DNA of 64,000 bases from Fistulifera solaris (Eukaryota), in NCBI GenBank assembly GCA_030295235.1, contig AP026169.1, positions 558,001 to 622,000 on the forward strand, read 5' to 3'. The notes below the pieces were generated by a model. That model did no database searches, had not been told where the DNA came from, and saw only the letters and a list, made by a program, of their open reading frames with translations. Position 1 is the stretch's first letter. Every line of letters begins with the position of its first letter. Shown piece by piece: positions 12,699 to 22,927 of this stretch. A program made the translations under genes and the position numbers.

Positions 12699-13778
12699 AT
12701 GAAAGGTTCATCGTGTGCATTCTTTGTTTCGATGCTTTCCTCCGTAAACGTCATTTATGCTTGGCTTGGTTCGACGACAAAGAAGAAGCCATTCTTCTCT
12801 ACCTTCTCATCAGCTTCTCGTCCTTCAATAACAAGGAAATTGTTCATGGACATTGAGCAAGATGCATTGGCTAAATCGTTTCGAATCGAAATTCCAGGTA
12901 TCGTGTCGGCACTGTCGATTCCTCGACACGTCCAGCATGCTGAAATCGATCCAGCAATCGCATCCAACGGAATGCCATGGCAGTCTTCGATTGATCCTCA
13001 ATATCGTAGTTTAGCAGACAATTCCAATAAACCCTTTTATCTACCATTTTGGGAATGGCAAATGGATTACATGAAAAAACATTTGACCAATCTCCAAGTC
13101 CTGCCGGTCGAAAGCAAGCAAGGTCATGATTTGTCCTATCGAAACAATGGGAAGGTCCGATTGCATACATGTCAGTGCTCTTCGGAAGAATACAAATGCA
13201 TCCGCATGACGGTCATGGACGGCGGTGCACGGACTCAAGTCTTCACTTCACTTTGGTATCCCCAACCCCACTTCAATCTACCCGTTTTGGGTATCGACCT
13301 GCTCCAATTTGGACAATCCAAACATCTCTGTATCGTCGACTTTCAACCGATTCAGGAAAATTCTTCAGATCAACCGTTTGAACAATTGCTGCAACCCATT
13401 CGTGATCAATACCCTTCTTTGCACGGAAAAATGACCCGGAGATTCTATGACGAAGATGCCTTTTTTTCCAAGCAGATGCTTTTGGGGAGAAGCGACCGCG
13501 CCGGGGCCAACGACCTGGTATACAAAGATTTGTTTCCGGCGTACCAGGCCTATGTTAACACACATGTTCAAATGGTCCAATCCGCGACGCCCAGTCCATC
13601 GACCGTGGCCGATGTATTGCAACGACATGCGGCCTATGATAACTACTCGGCCGCCCGCGATCCGGCACATGCCATGCTCGCGGCAACCTTTGGAAAAGAC
13701 TTTGCAGATGACTACGTTTATGATGTCCTGTTTCCGCTTTCGGATAGAGGCATCAGCGGTACATTTGATTCCTGCTGA
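12699..13778 (+). CDS. pebA: Ferredoxin-dependent bilin reductase, PebA-like (paralog 1), plastid-type presequence
   Basis: RMTVMDGG..TQVF...YP...LPVLGIDLLQF...IVDFQP...YDNYSAARDPAH...FG....DDYVYDVLFP; signal peptide ending IYA-W. Confidence 0.88.
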   Translation: MKGSSCAFFVSMLSSVNVIYAWLGSTTKKKPFFSTFSSASRPSITRKLFMDIEQDALAKSFRIEIPGIVSALSIPRHVQHAEIDPAIASNGMPWQSSIDPQYRSLADNSNKPFYLPFWEWQMDYMKKHLTNLQVLPVESKQGHDLSYRNNGKVRLHTCQCSSEEYKCIRMTVMDGGARTQVFTSLWYPQPHFNLPVLGIDLLQFGQSKHLCIVDFQPIQENSSDQPFEQLLQPIRDQYPSLHGKMTRRFYDEDAFFSKQMLLGRSDRAGANDLVYKDLFPAYQAYVNTHVQMVQSATPSPSTVADVLQRHAAYDNYSAARDPAHAMLAATFGKDFADDYVYDVLFPLSDRGISGTFDSC

Positions 13779-14013
13779 GGCATTCTGAGAACATTGTATA
13801 GACAATAGTAAATATAGAAACGATTGTATTGGTAAATCAGTTGATGGGGTGTATAACGATACTGAAGGACGGATATGCTCCCTATCTTTTTAAACTACGG
13901 AGTATATATCAAACAATTAAATATTTAGTAAATTAATTGTTATTATTTTTGGTTTATGTAAAGAAAAATTGTTTGCAAAATAAGGATAGTGTACAAATGA
14001 GCGTTTGAGAGGC

Positions 14014-15115
14014 TCATGGTCGCGCGGCGCCCACCGTTTCCTTGACTCCTATTGGAGTTTGTGGTCGTTGTAATTGTTGTGGTCTTGATCGAGTCGTTGG
14101 CCGCTCACTCATACTGAACAAGAAATCATGGACAAAATCCATGGCCCATTCTTCCCCAAACATTGCCGTAAACAAACCCGTGGCCGGATCGCGTTCTGCT
14201 GAATACGTATCGTACGCTTTTTGTCGCTTCAACACCATGTCAATGTCCGCCTCCACTGGATCCACTTCGCGGATCAAATCCAAGTGCGTCTGGACGTAGG
14301 ATTGGAATGCCGGAAACAGTTCGTTCGAGATAATGGTTTCGTCTTCGAACCGCGAAAACAACATTTGTTGCGAAAAGAATTGTGTTTCATCGTAAAACTT
14401 GGAGGACATGCGTCCCTTGAGATTCTCGTACAGCTCCTTGATGGGTTGGAGTCGGTGTTCATAGGTAGTAGCGTGATCCTCTTCGTTTTCGTGCAAGGGC
14501 TGAAAGTCCACAATCGCCAAATATTTCTTGCGGTTAAAGGCCAACAAGTCGATTCCTAGTACAGGAAGATTGTATTTGGGGTCAGGGTAAAAGACAGCGT
14601 TGTAAACTTGTGTGTTTTCACCAGCATCGTAGTAGGTCATTCGAATCTTGCGATATTCGGAGGACGAGGCAGAAAAGGCTGACTATTCTAGCTTTCTTTT
14701 GGGTGTTCTCGTTGTACGAAAAGTCGGTTTTCCCGTTGGTGCACGGCATAACTCGTAAGTTTGTCAAATTCTCTTTCATAAACGACATGTGCCATTCCCA
14801 AAACGGCATGTAAAGCAGATCTTCCTCCGGGTATTTGGGGTCTATGGAGGATTTCCAAGGCATGCCTTGCGCGGCCTCCGCTTGAGAAATGCTGATGCTC
14901 GAAGGGTAACTATCATGAAGCAATTGATCGAGATTGTATCTAGCTTTTGCATCAATAAAGTCCTTTTCGGTATCCATGCGCATTTCGGTGGAGGAAACAA
15001 ATCTTGGCGATACCTCCTGCAGGCCGAGGAAAGCACTTTTTCGGGACGGAGAACCAATGTAAGCCTCCGTCACAACAACAGTAGCGGTCACAAACAGTGT
15101 ACGACAGGTCCTCAT
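14014..15115 (-). CDS. pebA: Ferredoxin-dependent bilin reductase, PebA-like (paralog 2); one extra base in run 14673-14676
   Basis: RMTYYDAGENTQVYNAVFYP...LPVLGIDLLAF...IVDFQPL...AYDTYSAERDPATGLF...FGEEWAMDFVHDFLF; signal ending TEA-Y. Removing one T gives ..VSLSASSSEYRKIRMT. Confidence 0.88.
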
Positions 15116-15493
15116 TGTCCTTTTCGATTGATTTATTGCAATTTGGATCGATTTGCTCTGTACAAGCTGCCTTTGAAGTTGATATGCGTGAGTTCGTGGG
15201 CGGTGTTGGGAGGAAGTTGAAGAGATTCGCCCATCGGATCGCTGCAGCTGAAGTTGAACCAACGAAGATCGTGAGGTTTGCAGTTCTCCACGTACTTTTT
15301 TAAAAACGGAAAAAAACTACTCGGGTACTTTTGTTAAAATAGTGTACTAGTGCTATGGTGTGGAAAGTAGTCTTGCATTCGGATTGTGGACAACTCATGA
15401 CTGAAGTACAGTGCTGAGTGGCGACTCGGGACTCGGGACAAAAAGGTTCCCCTCACTTTTGTTTTAAACGTAGTATTTTGTACTCCGTAGTGC

Positions 15494-15975
15494 GTTTTCG
15501 ACATCACGAAACGATGCTCCCATTGCTAATGTTGCGGAAGACTTTTACATTAGAATAAGAACGAAATGTAGCTCACAACGCTTGCAGAAAGAATAAAGAG
15601 ATTGTGTTCCGTAGCAGCTGGACGGCGAAAATTATGCTTCATGACTGAATGGAGTCGTGGTCTCGAGAACCAACAAAATGATCTAGAGAATACGAATGAC
15701 AACGATCGGCAAAGTTTTCGACATAATTACGAAACCATTCGCGCATTGCTAATGCTGCTGAAGACTTTTCCATTGTAAATTATACGCTCGGTATTCAGAG
15801 TTCATGCAGGAGGAACGGTGGTTACGCAAAAGAGTAACTCGGCAAAATCATGATTGATGACTGAAATGCAGTCGTGTTGAAAATCGAAGAACTCGTCATC
15901 GCGAAACGATGCGCGCAGCTAAGGCTTTTTCATTGTGAACAAGAAAATAGTAGCTCAAACGCTGGCACAACGAAC
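15494..15975. repeat. Degenerate non-coding direct repeat, period about 220 bp, about 2.5 copies
   Basis: gttttcgacat..cgaaac....cattgctaatg.tgc.gaagactttt.catt at 15494 and 15714; atgactgaa..agtcgtg at 15641 and 15857; partial third copy from 15897. Confidence 0.65.
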
Positions 15976-16109
15976 GGTCGCTAGGTAAAATTTTCGCAGC
16001 AAAAGTATGAGATCGACGATCCGCCCGGCTTTGTGTAGAAGAATGTTGACGCAGTCTATCTAATTGATATCCCGGGATGCTAAATAGTTTTCTATGTAAT
16101 AGAAACACT

Positions 16110-17323
16110 TTAGATTTTGTAAAGGACCTTTCCTTTGCTTTTTCCAGCTTCTAGGTACAAGTGACCTTCCGCAGCTTGGTCCAACGGGAATGTAGTATCC
16201 ACAGTGACCTTCAGTTTGCCTTCCGCGAGCCATCCGAAGACTTCACCAGAACGCCACACCAATTCTTCACGATCTACAGTGTAATCCAACAACTTAGGAC
16301 GCGTGACATATGCTGACTTTCCGATCAAACGAAGAACAGGGAAAGCAGGAACTGCTCCCGATGCGTTGCCGAAAGACACAAAGATACCTCGTCGTGCCAA
16401 GGAGTCAATGGAAATATCCACCGTAGCTTTACCAATGCCGTCAATCACGCACTTGACACCCTGTCCATTCGTTATTTCCTTTACTTTCGAAACAATATCG
16501 ACCGATTCGTAATCTTCGTAGGAAGTACCGGCAACTTCGTCCAAGAGAATCAATTCGTCGCATCCAAGCGATTCCGCAATATCTTTCTTTCCTTTGGGAG
16601 CGGTTCCAATCACTTTGTATCCCAATATTTTGGCCATTTGAGCGGCCCATTGACAAGTACCTCCGGCGACACCATGGATCAAGCACCATTCACCGGGTTT
16701 GATCAAATCCGCGTGAGCCGACGTTGTTAAGTAATGCGCCGTCATTCCCTGCACGACACACGATGTTGCTACATCCAAGCCAATGGAGTCAGGAACAGGA
16801 AGCAGTTTATCGGCCGGCACAGCCGTATACTCGGCGTACGAGCCAAAGACACTGTAGGCCACCCGGTCGCCGACTTTAATGCCTTGGGCGGCAGCCTCAT
16901 CCGAAACAGCCGCAACCGTACCTCCACCTTCCTGACCGCCTACGAAGGGGAGATCACGAGCATAAAGACCTTTGCGATGGTACGTATCAATAAAATTGAT
17001 TCCGGAGTACTGGTTTTTCACAATTACTTGCCCAGGCCCCATTTTGGGTGTGGGAAAGTCCGTCTCGACTTTCAAAGCATGGGCATCACCCGTTTCGCGG
17101 ACGACAGCCGCCTATTTGAGTAAATACATAGAATGAGAAGTCAAGAAAGAGAATGTACAAAAGTAAGTTATGCGCATTACAATCGTCTAATCTCTATCCG
17201 GTTCGAAAGTCAATGATATAGTGGATCACGTACCTTCATCGTTGCGGGGACGGACGACATGAATCGAAGCTGCACGGTTTTGATGGCAGTCTGACGGGCA
17301 GTGGCCTGGAAGGCAACAAACAT
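16110..17323 (-). CDS. qor: NADPH:quinone oxidoreductase (zeta-crystallin/Qor, MDR family) with mitochondrial-type presequence, intron 17112..17233
   Basis: GINFIDTYHRKGLY, GQEGGG, GMTAHYL, FGNASG motifs. Exon 1 reads MFVAFQATARQTAIKTVQLRFMSSVPATMK followed by GTACGT. Confidence 0.92.
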
Positions 17324-18155
17324 GATCTATTACTTGTTTTTGTTGATTGAAAACACAAAGGAAAGTCGAATTAACTTTCGGAATGACAGCGATCGAATAA
17401 GATCTCAAGCGGCCCGCGAGCCCGCGAGGAGTTTGTTGTGAGTTGTGATGGTTGTTTCTCGCAAGGCGAAATACGTCATCTCACGCGTCACAATTTCGTT
17501 ATCCCCAACCCTCTATAGGCTGTGAACACGTACATTCGGAATTTACTAAGGTTACTCGTAAAATGGCGTTATCTTTGACCTGTTGGTGTTATGAAATCAG
17601 TTCATCACTTCATTAATGCATGCTTCTTTTTGCTATCAATATTTTGTCGGAATAATCTTCAGGATCAATGGCGACATGCGACTAGACGACTTCCGATCGT
17701 CCCCTTGATGATGATGCAGGAATTAATTACGTCAATATTTATTATTTCATGGATTCCGCCCAGTTTCACTATAGCGCAAAAGAAGGCTTATTTTAACCTT
17801 TTCCGACTCCTCAAAAAATTCCAGTCCCGGTAATACCAGGTAGACATCGACAACAAAAACAGGAAAGACGCCACAGCAACCACAACAAACTGCACCACGA
17901 AGCGTATAGAAAGCTTATTGCCAGCGACAATAGACAAGTAATTCCACAGCCTTGAGTTTTTATCTAGTCCGGAAAAGGGGAAAATCTCGAGTGTCTCGAC
18001 ATTATCCTCACAACAATTCGCAATTGATACATAATTTGGCAGAAAGGGCACAGGAGGAAAAGCCCTTCGACAGACGACGATAATTCTTCATTGCATTTCC
18101 TTCGTGGAAACTTTGAACTCGTTCCGTCGATTCTTTCATCCCTACTTCATAAGCA

Positions 18156-18527
18156 ATGGCGTCAACTCTCAAAGAATGGAAAGACAGTAAGTGAAAAAGA
18201 GAGTTATTTTGTGTTTGACTCCCTCTAGCACTTGGTCTTACGTCTCTATAAACTTGTTCCTGCATAGAAACGATATGCGTCGTCACCTGCGATGGGCGTA
18301 TTATCATTGGGAAATTGATTGGTCATGATCAGGTTCAAAATCTTATTTTGAATGAAGCACACGAACGAATATATTCGGAAGATACGGACGTTGAGGAAAT
18401 GCCGCTGGGGTTATATTTAGTCCGCGGGGATAATTTGTGTGTCGTTGGCGAGTTTGACGCAGCAAAGATGGATGATACAATACGTGTTCCTGAACCCTTG
18501 CCGCATATATACCAGCAGCAGATGTAA
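18156..18527 (+). CDS. LSM8: U6 snRNA-associated Sm-like protein LSm8, intron 18187..18267
   Basis: Spliced: MASTLKEWKDKTICVVTCDGRIIIGKLIGHDQVQNLILNEAHERIYS...LGLYLVRGDNLCVVGE. Confidence 0.93.
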
Positions 18528-18663
18528 AATGCCAAATGGGGCACCATCACAAATGCCAGAGTCAGGCAGAGAAAATGAAATTGGTGCTAAGTAAATTTAA
18601 CGCTCTTGTTTCCAGATGCCATGTGAATATTCTGAAGTCCATGTAAGTTTGCGCATCATCAGC

Positions 18664-19159
18664 TTAAAGTAACTTGATCGCAATGTAAAGTAAAATCAAA
18701 CAAATGAACCACCTTGCCGGAACTGGCAAGGCTTGAAAAAAGGCCATACGTATCGGCCACAAACGTCATAAAATAGTTTTTCATGCTGTAACCGTCCGCT
18801 ACGTCATGGTGTGATGTAGGAGATAACAATGCATCTCGTGCTTCTAGATCCGTTTCTATCCCACTTCCACCCATCGAAGGTACTCGAAATTCCATGCTAT
18901 CCGAAATGTTCGACCACGCATTCGAGAAGAAGTTGGATCCTGCTTCTGGTGATCCACCGCCATCTACATAGTTCCCATTTTGCGACACAGGAGTATACTG
19001 AGGTACTTGTATTTGTTGCGGTGTACTTGCAGCTGCAGCGGCCTGTTGTTCTCGATTCCTTTGCGCTTGAATTCGTTCGAGAAGAGATTTTCCTGAGCGG
19101 TGAGAGGACGCGGACGCGGACGCCGACTCGTCGACAAAAGCAGCTTCTTCCTCGTTCAT
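18664..19159 (-). CDS. Hypothetical tail-anchored membrane protein; extra base in run 18736-18741
   Basis: ORF of about 165 aa. Removing one T gives a hydrophobic C-terminus GLFQALPVPARWFICLILLYIAIKLL-stop. Confidence 0.65.
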
Positions 19160-19691
19160 AGATGTTCCTTTACTTTCTTAATGATGGTTGTGATGAACTG
19201 TTCTATTGCTTAGCATTGCCTTGATTTTGCGTGCTCGTTGCTCGTTGTGCTCGTGCGTCTCTTTTTTTCGAATTTTGCTTTCGTAAATGAAGTACCAGTA
19301 CGGTTTGTTACGGTATTGCTGTTGTAGGTTTACTTATAGTATCCAGTACCGGCACTCAGGGCTGTCAAGGGAAATGTACTGTTCCATTGCTGCACCCTTA
19401 ATTTTTCACCGAAACGGCCAACAGCGCTGCAGCCCGCGATGCTCCCATCTTGATATTTTTGTTGCTGTATGGAAACGGTTATCCTTACTAATTGAAATCG
19501 CTGAGACGCGATTTACCTTGCTTCATCAATCTAACAACTCAACTAGCACTTACTGGAAATTATTGGTAGAAAGGTAAGGCCGTTCTATCGTCGCTATTGA
19601 ATCATATTCGTGCCCATCGCGCTTGATCATCTCATTCCGCTTTTACCAAAGATTCAAAGTTTCTAAAAATTTATTAAGTCTTTCAATCAGA

Positions 19692-19946
19692 ATGGGTTTT
19701 GATGGTCACGAAGTAGCTTTTGGGACAACCCTAGTGGGTGCGGTTGCATTGGTTCAAAGGACGCTACCCAAAGGTTGGGCGAGGGCCTTTGTGCACCGAC
19801 ATCCCGTTGCCGCCATGTCGTGCTTTTGGGCGTTTACTGGAATTACGCTTCCTTTCCTTATGCCACCTATGCGTCGAATGCTGAAATTGCCTACAAATCA
19901 ATATGATGCGGAGCATCCCAACGCTGTTGTCCCTAAATATGTCTAA
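19692..19946 (+). CDS. Small single-TM protein, complex I accessory subunit NDUFA3 (B9/NI9M)-like
   Basis: HRHPVAAMSCFWAFTGITLPFLMPPMRRMLKLPTNQY resembles the NDUFA3 pattern P..hhS...G..hP.hhPP.R. Confidence 0.6.
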   Translation: MGFDGHEVAFGTTLVGAVALVQRTLPKGWARAFVHRHPVAAMSCFWAFTGITLPFLMPPMRRMLKLPTNQYDAEHPNAVVPKYV

Positions 19947-20017
19947 ACAAGTAGCATGCTGAGTGCTAATGGGCTGTATCTCCTCAATGTAGATGAAGGG
20001 CGATAATTTAAAAAGAA

Positions 20018-20503
20018 TTAATTACGAGTCGCTAGTCTCTCCAAGTATTCAAATATGACTTTCAGTATTGATTCTAGAAAAGGTATCCGAATCAAAACTC
20101 TGCACCACAAAACGTAGAAGACTACAGTCCAAAAGAATGCAACAGAGAGAATCAAAATTCGTTGTTCTCGCTGCTGGGCGCGCTGAAGAGATGTTAGAGC
20201 CGACTTCGCTTTTGATGCGTTCAACAACTGCTGATCTGTCTTTGACTCTGCTAACAGCTTTCCGTCGCTATCAATGGTTCTCCCAACTTTTTCGACGCGC
20301 TCCAACTCGTTTTGTAGCAAGGCTTGAGTTCGACGCAAAGACTCTTGAATCGCTGCTGCCTCGGAAGCAGTTCCGCTTGTATTGAGAGATGATCCCGTGA
20401 AGCGACGCTTTGTGACCCGTTGCTTGTCATCGAAAAGTTCGCTTCGGTCTTGATGAAATGATGCTGTCAATCTTGGGCGTGAGGTGCTTTTGCGGTTCGC
20501 CAT
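20018..20503 (-). CDS. SEC20: Sec20/BNIP1-like SNARE
   Basis: ESLRRTQALLQNELER coiled coil and C-terminal TM ILILSVAFFWTVVFYVLWCR. Confidence 0.75.
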   Translation of the reverse strand: MANRKSTSRPRLTASFHQDRSELFDDKQRVTKRRFTGSSLNTSGTASEAAAIQESLRRTQALLQNELERVEKVGRTIDSDGKLLAESKTDQQLLNASKAKSALTSLQRAQQREQRILILSVAFFWTVVFYVLWCRVLIRIPFLESILKVIFEYLERLATRN

Positions 20504-20876
20504 TTCTCTTAAAATTAGATCGAAGAACAGGAAACAAAAAGGAGTGCTTTTTGAGCAATATAACATCCGTCACCTTGTTATTGTTAACAATAATAAACAC
20601 AACGCGAAAACGCAATGATAAAGCAACGCTCAACACGCAACGCTAGCTAGGTGACTTGACATTCATAAGCATATTAGGGTCAAGGACAATAGCAAAAGTC
20701 GTGTTCAGAAACGACTCCGTATTCCGTCCGTAGCAAACTCAGAAACGGTACACATAGGTACAGAAAAGTTTTATTGTCGTTTCTCCTCCTAGTTCTTTCA
20801 CGCCATACGCTAGTTTACTCTTCACAATTTAAAGCAGGAATTTCTAGGGCCCATGGCCGACTAAACGCCCAGAATG

Positions 20877-20911
20877 TGACGCACGTAAACCATCAATTTC
20901 GCGCAACGTCA
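20877..20911 (+). promoter_or_regulatory. TGACGC (20877-20882) and ACGTCA (20906-20911), CCRE/bZIP-type motifs upstream of the repeat-protein gene
   Basis: Same hexamers as the CO2/cAMP-responsive elements of the Phaeodactylum ptca1 promoter; 150-190 bp before the ATG at 21063. Short motifs, so chance occurrence is possible. Confidence 0.35.
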
Positions 20912-21062
20912 CAATCCTCGGTAGAGCGCCTCTCTTTTTATCGAGAAAAACAGCCGTCAAATAATCGCAAAGTTGCAACAACGACGTCGTGACACATCGT
21001 TCATTACATCTCATTTCTTATAAAGCCTCTGCTCTAATTGAAAGCATTATCAACCTATTAGA

Positions 21063-22523
21063 ATGAAGTTCTCTGTTGCAGCCGCCTTGTTTGCTCTCGT
21101 GCCCTCTCAGGGTTTCCAGGTATCGATGTCGTCCACCGGATACTTCGATTCTATGAGCCGAGGAGCGAGCAAACCATCGAACTTCTCTCCCTTTGGGCGA
21201 AAAATGAGTGACGGAAAGAGTTCCAGTGCCTATCTCAATCAAGTGTCCGGAGCCGCACCTTCTTATTCTGCTCCAGCGGCCTCTAGTTACGGTGGTTCCT
21301 CTCCTCCGTCATACTCAGCTCCTGCTACTTCAGCTTATCAACCAGCCCCGTCTGCTCCTGCAGCCGTCTCCTCCTTCGGCGGTGGCTCTGCAAAGCCCGC
21401 AACTTACAGTCCTTTCGGGAAGAAGATGGCTGACGGAAAGGGATCTAGTGCTTACCTCAATGCTGTCGCCGGATCATCTCCTTCGTACTCGGCTCCGGCC
21501 GCTTCAGCTTATCAACCGGCCCCTGCTGCGCCTGCACCCGTCTCCTCCTTTGGTAGTGGCGCTGCAAAGCCCGCCAGCTATTCTCCTTTTGGCAAGAAGA
21601 TGGCCGACGGAAAGGGATCTAGTGCATACCTCAATGCTGTCGCTGGATCATCTCCTTCGTACTCGGCTCCGGCCACTTCGGCTTATCAACCGGCCCCTGC
21701 TGCGCCTGCACCCGTCTCCTCCTTTGGTAGTGGCGCTGCAAAGCCCGCCAGCTATTCTCCTTTTGGCAAGAAGATGGCCGACGGAAAGGGATCTAGTGCA
21801 TACCTCAATGCTGTCGCTGGATCATCTCCTTCGTACTCGGCTCCGGCCACTTCGGCTTATCAACCGGCCCCTGCTGCGCCTGCACCCGTCTCCTCCTTTG
21901 GTAGTGGCGCTGCAAAGCCCGCCAGCTATTCTCCTTTTGGCAAGAAGATGGCCGACGGAAAGGGATCTAGTGCATACCTCAATGCTGTCGCTGGATCATC
22001 TCCTTCGTACTCGGCTCCGGCCACTTCGGCTTATCAACCGGCCCCTGCTGCGCCTGCACCCGTCTCCTCCTTTGGTAGTGGCGCTGCAAAGCCCGCCAGC
22101 TATTCTCCTTTTGGCAAGAAGATGGCCGACGGAAAGGGATCTAGTGCATACCTCAATGCTGTCGCTGGATCATCTCCTTCTTACTCTGCTCCAGCCGCAG
22201 TGGCCCCTGTCACTCCCAGCTACCAGCCCGCCCCAGCTGCCCCCGCTCCAGCATCAACCAGTAGCTATCTAAGCATGGGAGGAGGTGGCGCAGCCAAACC
22301 CAATTATTCTCCTTTTGGTCGCAAGATGGGAGACAGCAAGTCTTCGAGCACTTACCTTGAAAACGTCGGTAATGCGGCACCGGTTTCTAGCTCTTACAGC
22401 TCCTTCCACAGCTCTCTATCCCAGGCTTCGTCGGCGGCACCCAAGCCCCAAGAAAATCGCTTCTTTCTTCAAGATATTGCCTCACAAGGAACTTACCTTG
22501 ATGCCACCAAGAGCCGGTGGTAA
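21063..22523 (+). CDS. Plastid-targeted intrinsically disordered tandem-repeat protein (candidate pyrenoid/Rubisco linker)
   Basis: Signal MKFSVAAALFALVPSQG-F; S/A/P/G/Y-rich; seven KPx(1,2)[YF]SPFG[KR]KM motifs, each followed by a [AT]YL[NE] motif; 58-aa period. Confidence 0.85.
   Translation: MKFSVAAALFALVPSQGFQVSMSSTGYFDSMSRGASKPSNFSPFGRKMSDGKSSSAYLNQVSGAAPSYSAPAASSYGGSSPPSYSAPATSAYQPAPSAPAAVSSFGGGSAKPATYSPFGKKMADGKGSSAYLNAVAGSSPSYSAPAASAYQPAPAAPAPVSSFGSGAAKPASYSPFGKKMADGKGSSAYLNAVAGSSPSYSAPATSAYQPAPAAPAPVSSFGSGAAKPASYSPFGKKMADGKGSSAYLNAVAGSSPSYSAPATSAYQPAPAAPAPVSSFGSGAAKPASYSPFGKKMADGKGSSAYLNAVAGSSPSYSAPATSAYQPAPAAPAPVSSFGSGAAKPASYSPFGKKMADGKGSSAYLNAVAGSSPSYSAPAAVAPVTPSYQPAPAAPAPASTSSYLSMGGGGAAKPNYSPFGRKMGDSKSSSTYLENVGNAAPVSSSYSSFHSSLSQASSAAPKPQENRFFLQDIASQGTYLDATKSRW
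21392..22195 (+). repeat. Coding tandem repeat, 174-bp unit, about 4.5 near-identical copies (diverged copies flank it)
   Basis: ggcaagaagatggccgacggaaagggatctagtgcatacc at 21591, 21765, 21939 and 22113. Confidence 0.95.
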
Positions 22524-22927
22524 GGCAACCAGAGAAAGATCTATATAATCAAATTCTGTTACAGTACCGCGATATGAAAGGAATAGGCACTGCTGATGGC
22601 CCTAAAATAAGATACATTTCATCCGAATCTCTTCTTTTTAAGTTTTACGTTATTTCGTGGACTTGATCCTTTGACCTTTCCGGTACCGGTACCTAAAGAT
22701 TTATTTACTGCAATCAGTTTTTTCGTAAATGTTTTTACCGTGCAACTTATTTACTAGCACCAAGTACTGGGTACCGGTAAGAGGTTGGACTCTAATCCGT
22801 CTGTCTGTGTCCCGCATTAACAAGCATAGCGTCCAACAAAACGTGAACCGTGAACGAGGTTGATTCAAATTTCCCACCATGAAGACACCAAAAGATCCTC
22901 TATCCATACAAAGTATATCGTCTCAAC

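Noticed and set aside
17591..18060. Short ORFs between qor and LSM8
   Set aside because: No recognisable motifs or consistent splice structure; treated as divergent promoter or UTR sequence.
21392..22195. Regularly spaced repeats as a CRISPR array
   Set aside because: Whole units repeat with no unique spacers, they are in-frame coding, the context is eukaryotic and no cas genes are present.
21208..22272. 354-aa Leu/Arg/Pro-rich ORF overlapping the repeat gene
   Set aside because: Alternative-frame shadow of the 174-bp repeat; a stop-free unit repeated in tandem gives a long ORF automatically.
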